DNA of 52,724 nt, the filler included, from Dimargaris cristalligena (Eukaryota): assembly GCA_003614675.1 (NCBI GenBank). It is 2 parts of 2 records of this genome, joined end to end, with 100 filler letters (N's around TTAATTAATTAA, not from the genome) between each part and the next. Parts side by side here need not be neighbours in the genome. Positions count along the whole stretch, not along the records: positions 1 to 26,317 come from ML002544.1; positions 26,418 to 52,724 come from ML002545.1. The stretch is one strand, 5' to 3'. Below the pieces are notes generated by a model. The model searched no databases. It was not told the DNA's origin and saw nothing but the letters and a program-made list of their open reading frames with translations. The position numbers were made by a program, and so were the translations under genes. Below, piece after piece: positions 24,352 through 36,057 of the stretch (positions are counted from its first letter, which is position 1; each line of letters begins with the position of its first letter).

Positions 24352-26317
24352 TCCCCAGCCCGCCTTTTTATGAGCCAAGGGAAGTGTAATGTTTGGGTTA
24401 AGACATCTAGGGCTACATCGCTAGTGGAAATTATTTATTTATATGCATCTCCAAAACTGACCGATGCAATAGCTATTTCTGAAAAAATATTACCGCTAGG
24501 CCAGCTTGATATCTTATAGTTTCCATACATCTTTTTTTTTTTTTTGAATCGTTACGTCTGCTGATTATCTATGAGATAAACTTTCAGCGCGGCCAATTCG
24601 ATAAATGATTAGATCATTTCATAGATTAAAATGGGGAAAATGGAACCTAGCCGTAAAAAGTTGGATTGTAGTGTATACGGTAAAGTCAGTGAGATTGTTC
24701 GATATACCATAAGACTAAACCCAAACTATACGGCGAAAGGCAGAGGTCTTCCACGAAGTAATTTTACATTGACACAATTAAACAGTTCAAATCGGCAAAA
24801 ATGTCCCCCAGTTGGAGCGGGACTGTCGGAGTATAATGTACATTCTGTGGTATACGCTGCTTGATGGTGAAAGTTATCGGAAAAGTAGACACGTCAATCA
24901 CCTTTTAGAATGTATTAGATTGAAGGAAGGTGTACCCCCGGGCCGCGTTATGTACAATGAATCCATCGGCCAAGCCATTTAAATAAAAAAAAAGCTGTAG
25001 GGGCCATGTATAGAGATATATAAACCCAGATACTTTACATGAAGTTGGAAAGAAGGTGCCAGTTAATTGATTTTTAGAGGATTTACAGTTATGGGCGGCA
25101 ATTTGAAATACACTAAACGAAAGTACAGCTAGATTAGAAAAGATCGCAACTACCACTCTGGCTGGAATATATGCTTTGGCCCAGTATTTTAGAAGTCAGT
25201 GCAGACGTTTCAGCAGACTAATCCATTAATTACTATCGAAGCAAACAAAGACAATCCACCAGAGCCCCTCCATTATCCATATCGCCACAGCGGAATTATC
25301 ATCTATATGGAATAATACAATTTATTTGCCATATTACCAGCCTTTATCCTGGACCAGTTCCTATAATAACAAAAATCGGAGTATAAAAACGATACTGCAT
25401 CCAGCTTCATTTAATTCCATTCAACAACATATAAAAACAAATATATTATAAAAAAATCATTTAACCTGCACTTTGGCAGGCACCCCCAAGATTTGAATCA
25501 AGTGGAGGCTGGAGTGTTGGCACGACCCCGGTCGGCCCCGGAAAGTTCCGCCTGGGAGTCATGAGTGGGGTAATCCCTCATTAGTCGGGAGGTATACCGG
25601 GAGTCACCCTGTTGGGGGTGACTGAATATATTTTCTTCCTGCATTACTGCAGGGTATGGCATGCCTGTTTTTGGACAGGCTGCTATTGGTAAATTGGAAT
25701 AAGGCTGTAATTGGGCCATCAGTTGTAAGAGGGGTGGGGAAGGGGTGGAGTTGGAGTTGGAGGGTGGCAGACAAAATTTGGGGGCGGTGTGGGAGTGAAT
25801 CTATGTGTTAAAAGTGCCTGATATAGCAAACTAATTGGTGGATACTAACAGTGGAAATGGCTAGTTTTTATACTTTTTTTTACTAGTAGTCTTATCAACC
25901 ATATTATATGTAGATGCTGCCTATCAATCTTTTCCAAGCAGACTACATTTATGTGACTAGTGCAAAATAATAATGGGAAGACAATGTTCCATTTTGTGGT
26001 GTATTAGGAATTGGCCTAGGAATGGCTATCTTACCACGAGACTCCCTTTGTTGCCTAGTCAAATGGCTTCATGAACATGTGCAATTGATGAAACTGTATT
26101 GTAATAGCTGTTGTATTTTAGTAAGACCTAATGGATACGTATTATGACCTAAAATAGGGTTATGGCCGAGGCTATTGACAGGATGCTTCTACAAAATAAG
26201 GGATTTATGATGACAATGTGGAAAAGCACCCTGAACTTCTAGGTCTGTTTTCCCCCAAGGATGATCAGTCCAACTATAATGGCTAGACCCTTCAATGCCA
26301 CCTGCTACATGCCTTTT

Positions 26318-26417
26318 NNNNNNNNNNNNNNNNNNNNNNNNNNNNNNNNNNNNNNNNNNNNTTAATTAATTAANNNNNNNNNNNNNNNNNNNNNNNNNNN
26401 NNNNNNNNNNNNNNNNN
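26318..26417. other. Artificial scaffold gap: N44 + TTAATTAATTAA + N44
   Basis: Exactly 100 nt, with a central 12-mer that places stop codons in all six frames; a contig-joining linker. Confidence 0.97.
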
Positions 26418-27994
26418 TCCCCGGTTGCCCTAGTTGTCCCTATCTGAAGATCAGATAAGAATTGTCCCCGCCGAAGTGCGTGTTTCCCTTAGCCAGTTAG
26501 TTTTTCCCACTAGACTGAGGCTGCTCCAGTTGGCCCTGATAAGGTTATCGGGCTATATTACCTTGTGGTATTAATTGTGACCACAACACGGTTCTTTCTT
26601 ACTTCTATCTATCTTAAAATAAACTTCATCTTTAGTCTATCTCGGATTATAATTGAGAGAATCTGCGGTTACTCCAACAGAAACAATATTGGTTACGTGG
26701 AAATTACACTTCCACTTAATACATTTGGTCCAAGTATAATCCAGGCTGTAGTACCGTAGGCAATAATACTGGTAATTGCTAGAATACCTACACCTAGAAT
26801 GTGCAAAAAAAAGTAGCTCGCAAGATGATGATCCCAAGGGCGCTGAATAGATAATAATAGGGTAGATATCAATAGTACGAGTTAACTGGTTAAAGATGGC
26901 ATCACAATCGCAAATTAACTAAGCGATAACTATAGGAGCTGGTTCAGCTTTATATAGCCACAAAACATGCTGGGAGGTTCCTACTAGGCGACAAGATAAT
27001 GGGCGAAATAGCAATGAAGGTGCAATAGGGAATAGGTGATGCCGAATAGATAAATCAAGAAATAGTGATAGCTGGAGGAATGCGGTCCTTCAGGGGGTGG
27101 AATTTCCGTACCTTGTTTGCAAATTGACATGGCATCTAGCGTGGGCTTTAGGATGATTTATATAGGAGTGACTGCCCTTTTATTAGTTACAATTGAAAAT
27201 ATAAATGTATCTGATATTAACATATACAACACCATACTCCACAATCGAGACTATTAGTATATAAAATTGACCCTCCGGGTGTTTATATAGAAAAATAGAC
27301 ACTTCCCTTTATTATTGCACCTAGCCTTTCTTACATTTACCTTCCCCGATTCAATAAATGCAACACCTCTGACGACAAGGGGAGGCATTATTCAGTTGGA
27401 AAGCACGTTACTACGGTACCACCACAAGTTTCTTCGAGCTCCCGTATACCATGTTCTTCTTTCCCTCCATCCTTTTATTTACATCCCAACTGGTATTACA
27501 CATTTTTGCCCAAGTGATGCCGGTAGGTCACATGAATACACACTACCACTGAACCTTTGTGACATCCCCACCTGTTAACCCAACCCTAAATCTCATCATT
27601 TGATGATCTGAGATGAAACAAACTAGCCGGACGGCCCTGCCTCCCCCGCCCTAACCACCCGGGCATGAAATAGCACATAAATACTAGGCTCGTTCTTCCT
27701 CCTAATACACCTGTCTTGTCTTTTGAACATTTCTACATGTTAGTGTGCATCGTCCTTCAATCCCCCCACTCTTTGGAGTATATCGAGCTGCTCATGGGAA
27801 CCCATTATAGAACAATCCCTTGATATTGTCCGTAATCTCAAATTTCAGTAGTTATTATATATTGTCATATTTCTGTGCTAGAATCACTCACCTTCGCGCG
27901 AAACATAATCTTGAGGTTTATTTATTTTATAGCACCATCCACTACGTTTTTTCTTGTGCTCTTAAGTACTTAACTATTAGAAAGCTCCATCACG

Positions 27995-29153
27995 ATGGAT
28001 TTTTGGACCCAAATTTTTGCATGCAGTCTACTGATTGGGGCTTTCAAAGGGGGATTTGCTTTGCCCCTACCCCATCCAGTATTTCAACCAATTCAGCAAA
28101 CCACTACAAACTATGTTGATCAGGCCTATTTATGGGCAGCTGAGTATTTGGATCACGAAGAAGCGGGGTCCTTTGGCACATTAGCTGGCATTCATTCATT
28201 CACGCAAACACACTCCCAGTCCCATATGGTGTCTCCTCCTCACGAAGCTAACTTCTGGTCGATGAAAAACGATATATCCGAACTACCGTTCAACTCGGGT
28301 AGTTTCAGTGTTGAGGGAAACGATAAACTCGGTCCAATGGATAGCTACAGCTTCACTCCCCAAAGTTCCAACCCCAGCAGTTTCGAGGCAAATGAAATGG
28401 ACTATTGCCTTACCCTCTTTAGTGCTGATAGTACTCTGTCTATCGAGCCCCCCACTATGTTTGACTTTCCTACCCCACAATTTGCATCCCCCATACCGGC
28501 ACCCCAAAGCGACGATAAGCAAACCCCATTGCAGTCGGTGAGTGAAGGCTCCAGTACTAACGACCTTGAAATGGAGGGTGACGACGGTAACGATGGCCTT
28601 TGTGGTGAAGACCTTCCTGGTTCCACTTGTGGAGATTCCCGACCAGCTGGTTGTCAGTACATTTACTGACCCCGCTTTATATTTGACGCAGACCAATTGG
28701 ACCGCCATATCAGTCTTCACAATACGGGTACCGGATCCAATTGTTCTCAGTGCTACAGCCTGTATTCCCACTCCGCTTATGTATATAAACATCTGGCTAG
28801 CTGTCAAATACGGGTCTGTCCCACTTGCGATATGCGGTTCAGTAGCCGGTCGGGTTTTAATAAGCATGGCCGTGACCGTGGCTGCCCCAATCAACTTAAG
28901 TGTGGAACATGTAAACTGGGGTTTGTCACTCAACGCCAGTACAGCACACACCAGAAGCAAGATTGCTCGAAATTCAAACACCAGTGCACTTTTTGTGGTA
29001 AAACCTACGGCCTTTAGAACCAGTTAAAGCGTCAACAGAACCCTGTCGGTAACCCCCCCCCCCTATAAGTGCTGCTATTGCGCAGAGGTGTTTTTGGTGA
29101 AGTGTAATCAAATTAAGCACCAAAAGTATTGTAAAGTTATCAAGAATTTCTAA
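27995..29153 (+). pseudogene. Disrupted gene for a signal-peptide-bearing protein with six C2H2/C2HC zinc fingers (about 385 codons)
   Basis: ORFs 27995 and 28697 are in the same frame, separated by TGA 28667-28669. A further TAG lies at 29015-29017 and a +1 C in the run 29053-29063. Read through, it gives six C-x2/4-C-x12-H units ending YKCCYCAEVFLVKCNQIKHQKYC. The N-terminus MDFWTQIFACSLLIGAFKGGFA-LPLP looks like a cleavable signal peptide. Confidence 0.75.
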
Positions 29154-29604
29154 TGGGTCAAATCGGGGGCTAATAATAAACCTTTACCTGTATTTACGAG
29201 CGAATAGGGGCTCATCTAGAAATTAATGTCGCTTTATTGCCTGTACGACAATTTATTAACTAATTTTCGATACATACTGGGAGGGGACCAGTAAAATGGT
29301 CGTAAGGATATGGTTAAAGAGTAACGAAATAAAAAAAATGAAAAAAGATAACCCATGCGCAGCAAAGGAAGAGTGCAGGCGTGGGGTAAGAGGTGAGGAT
29401 GGGAGATCCCCAACGAAAAAAGAGAAAAGATAAGGGAAAGAGGGTGGTCTGTAAGACCGGCCGGTCTTATATAGTACTTTTATTGTAGGTCAATCAAGGC
29501 GCAGTCCCTTCTAAAGTAGGGACACCGTCTCATTAACTCATCCTAAACTTCAAATAATCATGGTTTTAATATCTGTTTATCACTTACCTATATTAAATAT
29601 TTTC

Positions 29605-29722
29605 AGTTGTGGCCATATGTCGGGATGTGCTCCGTATCCCGTTAGATCTGCGAAGATAAGCCCCGATCAGTTAATTTAGTACTGAGGTGGGTGACCACTT
29701 GGGAATAGTTAATGCTACAACT
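29605..29722 (+). rRNA. 5S rRNA gene, solitary copy
   Basis: 118 nt. Terminal helix AGTTGTGGC/GCTACAACT, helix II GTCGGG/CCCGAT, loop C ATCCCGTTAGATCTGCGAAG, box A-like AGATAAGC, loop E TAGTA...GGGAA, box C-like GGTGGGTGACCAC, followed by a T run (Pol III terminator). Confidence 0.93.
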
Positions 29723-30398
29723 TTTTATGATCTTTATCAATCATATGAAATGATACAATAGTCTAACAAGATAATTGGGTAGAGAAAATATATGGTATTT
29801 TTGATGGCTGTATTAGTTAGTCTCTTAATCCATTAGTTTTATCAATAGGGCACTATGCAACTATTTATCAAAAGTCCCGTAAACTAGTCCAGGTACCATG
29901 AATTTGGAATGATCCTGCCACTTCCCAGATATATTTGACTCAAAAGCAATATACTGCTTGACTAAAATATACTATACATCTCCTATGAATAAGCAGTTTC
30001 AACCGGTTGGTAGTTGGCACCCACATACTCTGTCTCGGAATACTTTTTTGTATTCTCATTGATAATACTATTGGATCAGATTATTGAAGATGTTCTCATA
30101 GTGTGTTTGTGGGTCGGACAGAGTCTGGGCCCCCTAATAAGCACGTCGCGAAAACACTTTCCAGTTTCCTTGCATCGACTCGGCAATCCAGCCTATAGAG
30201 CCATTCGGGATAACATGGGCCATCAGTAGGCTTGATAACCTATCAACCAGATACTTTGCATCGCGTACAAAGAAACGTGGGTGGATTGGGGCGAGAAGAG
30301 GAAAGGGGGACCAGGACGAAGGTGAATCGTGAAAAACAGTACACCCAACATGCCTCTCTCTACCTGTCCGACCCCTGGACCTTTTTTTATTATTACTA

Positions 30399-31372
30399 TT
30401 ACAGCTCATTCCCGATGGTCACCCAAAAGTCCCGTAAATTATTTTTCCGGCCAAAGATTTCCAAATACTTGCCATTGGGTACGAGTTCCTCGATCATCTG
30501 GTATAGTTCCTCCGGTTTCTGACTCTGCCCCCGGCGTTCCGAAAAGATCACGTCGGACCCCACCGAATGGCGACACCCCGCGGGATCGTTACCCTTCCGG
30601 CCAACCAAACACGTTTCCTTGGCGTGCTGTAAATAATACCCGTGCCCTTTGGCCATGCGTCGATTGACCGTTTGTTTCACCCAGGCAATGTCATCAACGT
30701 ACGTGTAGCCCCATTTTTTCATGAGCTCGAAGGCTTTGGTGTATTTGTTGTTGATGACCCAAATGAAAATAAAACCGTTTTGTTGGAGGAGGTGGATGGG
30801 GAGTTCTTCGATGCAAACGTCGGGGAGTTGTTGGTAGCCAATGGCAACCCCGCGGGTGGGTGCGTGCGTCGCGAGTTGCCAGGGCGGGTCCATGCTGATC
30901 ACGTCGAATTGGCAGGCTTGGGCCAATTTCTCCCATTCGAAGGTCATGACATTGGTTTTAATGGGGATGCACCATTTAGGGGCCTGGAATTCTTCCCAAT
31001 CTGGTGGTAGGGGTATCGATAGGTATAAATAAAGATATATAGATGGACATATACAAGGGCGTGAGTTTTAACATTCAATCCGAAATCCATTACTATGGCT
31101 GAGCAGACTAGGGTTTGGCTAGTAAGCAGGGGAATACATGAAAATATATCTGGGATGGAGGAACTACCTTCTTCGTCTGCGCCGGCGTTATTTCCTGAAG
31201 CGGAGTTATTGGGACCAGAGGAACCCTCGCGCTTAGAACTTCCGAGCTGGGGAAAGCATTTAGCTTCAAGTTCAGCGATTTCTTCCTCAAGGGCCTCGAT
31301 GCGCAGCCGGAGCTCAGCCTCTTGTTCGAGTAGGGCATTAAGGGAAATGTCGGAGGACGCTTGGGCAGCCAT
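30399..31372 (-). CDS. AMT1: MT-A70 family DNA N6-adenine methyltransferase, AMT1/MTA1 clade; exons 31372-31168 and 31000-30399; 268 aa
   Basis: MDPPWQLATHAPTRGVAIGYQQL, GFIFIWVIN, WVKQTVNRRMAKGHGYYLQHAKETCLVG, SDVIFSERRGQSQKPEELY, YLEIFGRKNNL...WVTIGNEL closely follow ciliate MTA1/AMT1 as recalled. A GT-AG intron at 31167-31001 restores the frame (807 nt). The N-terminus is a short coiled coil. Confidence 0.92.
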
Positions 31373-31604
31373 GGGGACGGAGTAAATGGGCGGAGGATTT
31401 TTCTAAATATATATCTATCGACGTGTCAGTAGGAGGTATGAAATGGTTACAATAAACTATTCTATTACATGAGCTAGAGCCTTGTTGACATGGCCTCAGA
31501 GCTTTGTTTACTGTATTGACCCACCCAGACGAAGCTCCCGAGTCCATTGAAATTAGAATTATAATGTTTTTCATTGGTATAAAGGCCGACAGTGGGAGTT
31601 AATG

Positions 31605-31612
31605 GTCACGTG
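31605..31612. promoter_or_regulatory. GTCACGTG E-box (Cbf1/bHLH-type) in the AMT1-ATP19 divergent promoter
   Basis: Exact GTCACGTG about 230 nt upstream of the AMT1 ATG, with a GTCACG half-site about 20 nt away. Confidence 0.4.
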
Positions 31613-32233
31613 TAATATATTTGTAGTCACGGGAGACTCGTATTTAAGCGTGTGTTGCGCCGCTGGCCATTTTCCCCAGCCTCTGGGGCTAATATGTCAA
31701 GGCAGTAAATTAGCACAAGGGGTTAATTAGGGGGATAAGGGTTGGCGGGTTGGGTCTATTGGAGAACGATAGGTGAGAAGAGGAAGGTGCCTCGCTTACA
31801 CTGCTGCCCCTATCCCCCCAGCCTTTTACATACAGTGGAGAGTGAGATGGCCTCTGAAAGCCCCAGCAAGACACTACGCCTAAATCAACCAGCCTCGCTA
31901 TACAACAGATTCCCTTTACCTTCCATAGATTGAATTCCGCTCTTGTTCATTCCTAGTAAGTAGAATTCACATGTTTCATTGCGTCAAATATGGCCATTAC
32001 CTCTTCGATTCCCCTTAAACCCGATGCCTAATGCCGGATTTCCTCGAGAAGGAAGACTACGTTGTATGGACTTATTCCAACTACTTGAGCGTGAATCGGG
32101 TGGCCCATTGGACTAATCTCAGTGTCTATATGCTCTCATTTCCCAAACATACTATCTGTATTCCCAACACCAGCTTCCCCAACCCACTTCACTTTCTCTC
32201 TATACACCTCCCTCAAATTCAAATACAGTCACC

Positions 32234-32654
32234 ATGGGTAACGGTTATATGATTTTCGGCAAGCTCGTGAAGAACGAATACGTAAGTTGCGCTATGTTAT
32301 TTGCTCGCACTCTGCATTGGTGTGGGCCCATCCTAGAACGGCCGCTCATCTACTCACATATTTCTTAGTAGCCCGATCCCTACCCTGGCCACAATGGCCG
32401 TTCAATTACCAGACACCCTATACTTACACACATATATATATATATATTCTATTACTGCTCTATAGCTCGTTCTGGCTACTTTCGCCAGTCTTGGTGCCCT
32501 CGGCTACGCCGCCACCCGGCCCAAGCCCGGTGCCCCCAAAGCCGACAACATCCCCCCGATCGTGAGCTCGTCGGCCGAAGAGGAGAACTTTATTAAGGAA
32601 TTCATCAAGCTGGCCGAGGCCGACGAGGCCAAGGAGAAGAAGGCTGCCCACTAA
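32234..32654 (+). CDS. ATP19: Mitochondrial ATP synthase subunit k; exons 32234-32281 and 32466-32654; 78 aa
   Basis: Spliced MGNGYMIFGKLVKNEY|LVLATFASLGALGYAATRPKPGAPKADNIPPIVSSSAEEENFIKEFIKLAEADEAKEKKAAH: Atp19-type N-terminus, single TM helix and EExFIxxF motif. Good start context (ACCATGG) and a GT-AG intron. Confidence 0.85.
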
Positions 32655-35600
32655 ATCAGCGCAACGATTATGGCGTGGCACACTCATACCTAGATCGGTT
32701 TTCACATTCCTTCTATAGTTAGCAAACACCTCTAAATGATACCCAACACCACCCCCTTCTCTTTTGCGCTACATCTACTCCGCCGGTTATCAGTTCTATT
32801 TTTCTATTATTGAATCAATCATTTGAGTGATGTTAGTGGTCGCTAAGGTACGCGTCAGAATTGTGACTATCGTGGCCAGGATTTGCTATCGATAGTTGGA
32901 AATACCACGCTCGAACAGCATCCGTATTTATAAAGCCAGTTTTGGTCCTATATTGATTTGATCAGTTAGCTATATATTGGAGGGTCATAGTCAGTGGATG
33001 GTCCATGATACCCTATGATCAAATAAATCCGATTCTACCAGGTCTGGCTACTCGCCCCACCATGCTCTCTCCCCGGGCCTTTCTGAATACCATCTACAGG
33101 TTGGTAGCTGATTTTAAAAGATTGCACAGTGGCTTAAGCGGATCAAGGGGATATGGAATGAGGGCACCCAACACTGGGTATACCCCTTCTCACAGGACTC
33201 ACACCCCTCCCCAGTCCCAGCCACGCGATCCACTTAAATATTCGTACAGTCCCCTAACCCATTCTTCCCTTCATCCGTTTACCAGTTCGCCCCCTGCGAA
33301 TATTACACGACTGGTTAGTTAAACCTTATCATTTTGGGGGTACATTTGGCCTAGATTGACGTAGACGCTGGCGATGTCCGTGTGAATTGTCTGAGTAAAT
33401 GTGTGTATGGGTATGGTAAGGATGATTGCTATAATATAGACTCGGCAATTATTACATCCTGCTGCATTAGTATACGGTGGGTCAACAGAAATGGTAAGAT
33501 AGGGAAGCACATATAGTAATACCCAACCGCGACAATATGGGCAATGTCAATTATTCAAGGAGACACGGGGCAGAGGCTTCTTTTCCTTTTCCGGACTTCC
33601 ACCCCACCTGTGTGTCTCTTCCCCTTTCCTATAGACGACGACGCGGAGTAGTTCGGCTAAGTACGATGCTGCTTGATGCAGCCTCCATTAGGGGGGTATT
33701 TAAAACAGGGTGTCTATTCCGTCTATATTAAAGTAACTACGATGGAGGAGAGGGGGGCTATTCTCGGGTCAATGGTCCCATTTTTTATATATTTTTTTTT
33801 GAACGACGTCTACCCATACACATGCACGATATATTTTTCCCTGCATACTCCATTGTTTCTATTAACGGTGGTATCCAGGGTCGGGGTGCAACGTGTGGCG
33901 GGGGGGTGAAGGGGATCGGTAGTAAGTTGCCAGCGAACGTTGCTATTAGCAAGTCAGCCGGTGTCACCATTGAACGTGGGTTCCTAAATCTTATGATGAT
34001 ATTATTACAAAACAATGTCTAGGCTGGTTAGTTAGGAAAATTAAGGGACCTTGCCGCGGCCGGATTTAGGTCACAAGGCTAAATTAATATGTATAAATAT
34101 ATAAATCGACGGGATTTGGTTTACATAAAACCAGACCTAGGGGTAGTATTGGTAATAGAGTGTGCCTAGCTGCATTATTTCTCCTTGTATGATATTCTAT
34201 ACATATTGATATTGATATATACTGGCGGATATTACGAACTGCTGTGCAGGGTACTATTTTATTAGACGAGGAAAGGGTGATGTTCGATTTATTGAAATAG
34301 GGGCTTCTACTCAGATGGACTAGACGCTAAACCAGTAAGGGTGGGAGATTGGGGGACCCTCAGTCTGGGGGTTCAAAAGGTGACGGTCGGGGAGAGCTAT
34401 AATAAGGCAGCGTATTATCCAGGCCTATACTTACCGGTAGTTTGGGCTCAGGCGGTAGACGAGAGCACGCGGGATACCTAGATGGGATGGTAGCTGCCAC
34501 TTCAAATGAGGGGTAGCTGTTGATTCTATGAAACCCGCACTCTTGTTAGACTAGTCGGCAGTGTGGGCCAGCGGGTAAAAGTATTGGTAGTGTCAGTAGT
34601 AGGAGTAGTAGGCGCTGTGGCGGATGCACGCGATATGGAGGATACCCCTTCTATATCTGCTCAGTCGATACAGGTGGACGGTTGGAAAAGAGAAGGTGGT
34701 GGGAGGGCCGGGCTTCACCTCAGAGAATGTGATTTGGATACCACGACCACCCCTTATAGTGGATCAGGCGGCGGTGAATCCTGTATAGCGCACCCATTGT
34801 GGTCCCCGCCCCTTCCTGTTTCCCCGTCTGGTCTCATTCAGCCCTGGGGGGGGGGTAGTATAGTAGACGTAGAGGAGTAGTTAAGTTAGTTTAGTTGTTA
34901 ACGGCTAGGGTAATTCCACACCACACCTTGAAAAGAGGAGTAGTAGTAAATCACTGGCCAAGTGAGGGACTGACTGGGTGACCGGCGGTGTATATTATAT
35001 TGTTCCCTACCTATTGTGTGCCTACACCCTTAAATGGGCGGAAGGGTCACGACCCATTCACCTTTGGCGGCAGGGCGAGTCCAGTAGTAGTCCCTCTCCT
35101 CCTCAAACGAAGGAGAAAGCGGTAGGCCTCTTCTCTCAGAATATAGGGTGTTCTTTGCCCAAGACCCTCCCATCCCTTGAAGTTAATGTTAGGGTGAGTT
35201 GTCCACTCTCTCCTTCTTCACAAAGCCAGGGTAAGACGGATAAGGAATGGAACTGGTGGTGTATAAAAGCCAGGGCCTGGCCGGCTAAGGCTGCCCCCGT
35301 TTTTCCGCGCAATGTACCGCCAGGCCTTTTGACAAGGGAACATCCCTCTCCTCTCCGATACACCCCGCCAACATACATTATATACACACACACATATCAT
35401 TGTGCACAATAGAAAAGCGTCTCTCGTCTGCCTGCAACACTGCCGCTTCCCCCCGCCTATTGGACTATTGACCGCCTTTGTTTACCCACTGCTATTTGTT
35501 TTGGCTAGTCTCTTCTTCGCCCAGCGTAGTTCGTCCCACTGATAAACACACCTCTTCACCCTTCCGCCTTCCCTTTCTCCTAAACCTTACTTGCCTAATT

Positions 35601-36057
35601 ATCTATTCGTCACCCCCTCGTTTGTTCGACTTGACTTGACTAGGCTTGACTTGGCCTTGGTTACCTGCCACGGCGTCCCGTCCCCGATCCCCTCCTACCT
35701 TTATTGTCCGCACACCCCTCGAGTTCCCCGTGTCCTAGTCCTGCCCGACGCGCTCTCCCGTCTCTCTCTCTCATCTTAGTTGGCCGGACTACCCTGGATA
35801 TTGTCGGCACTAACCCTGCGCTTGTCGTCCTCAGTTCCCACTATACAGTTCCCTTGGGCCGTTGGTCCCCTATTTCCCACCCCTCCCCTAAAGCGCATAT
35901 AGAACTAGCCCCCCCCTTCCGCCCGCCAGGTCCCTTACTTACCGCTCCTGGTCACTCAAACCAACCCAGTTCTTAGCACTCTTTATCTCTCCCCCTTCAG
36001 TTCATTTCCTACCCTATAATTCGCCGCCTAATTGGAATCCCCACGCGCACCGGTGCC

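Noticed and set aside
24905..25250. Faint resemblance to a decayed Ty3/gypsy reverse transcriptase N-terminus (IRLKEGVPPGRVMYN, IDF/RG)
   Set aside because: Requires several frameshifts, and no YxDD motif or LTR is visible; too weak without a translated search.
26362..26373. TTAATTAATTAA palindrome as a piggyBac TTAA target or biological repeat
   Set aside because: It is centred in a symmetric 100-nt N spacer and gives stops in all six frames, so it is an assembly linker. Adjacency across the gap is also uncertain.
27995..29722. Zinc-finger gene next to 5S rRNA as a TFIIIA-5S linked module
   Set aside because: TFIIIA has about nine C2H2 fingers from near the N-terminus. This protein has six mostly C2HC fingers at the C-terminus, a hydrophobic leader and disabling mutations.
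30399..31372. METTL3/Ime4 mRNA m6A methyltransferase call
   Set aside because: No CCCH zinc fingers, and the loop sequences match the AMT1/MTA1 clade.
32423..32446. (CA)n(AT)n microsatellite
   Set aside because: Ordinary short intronic microsatellite in ATP19.
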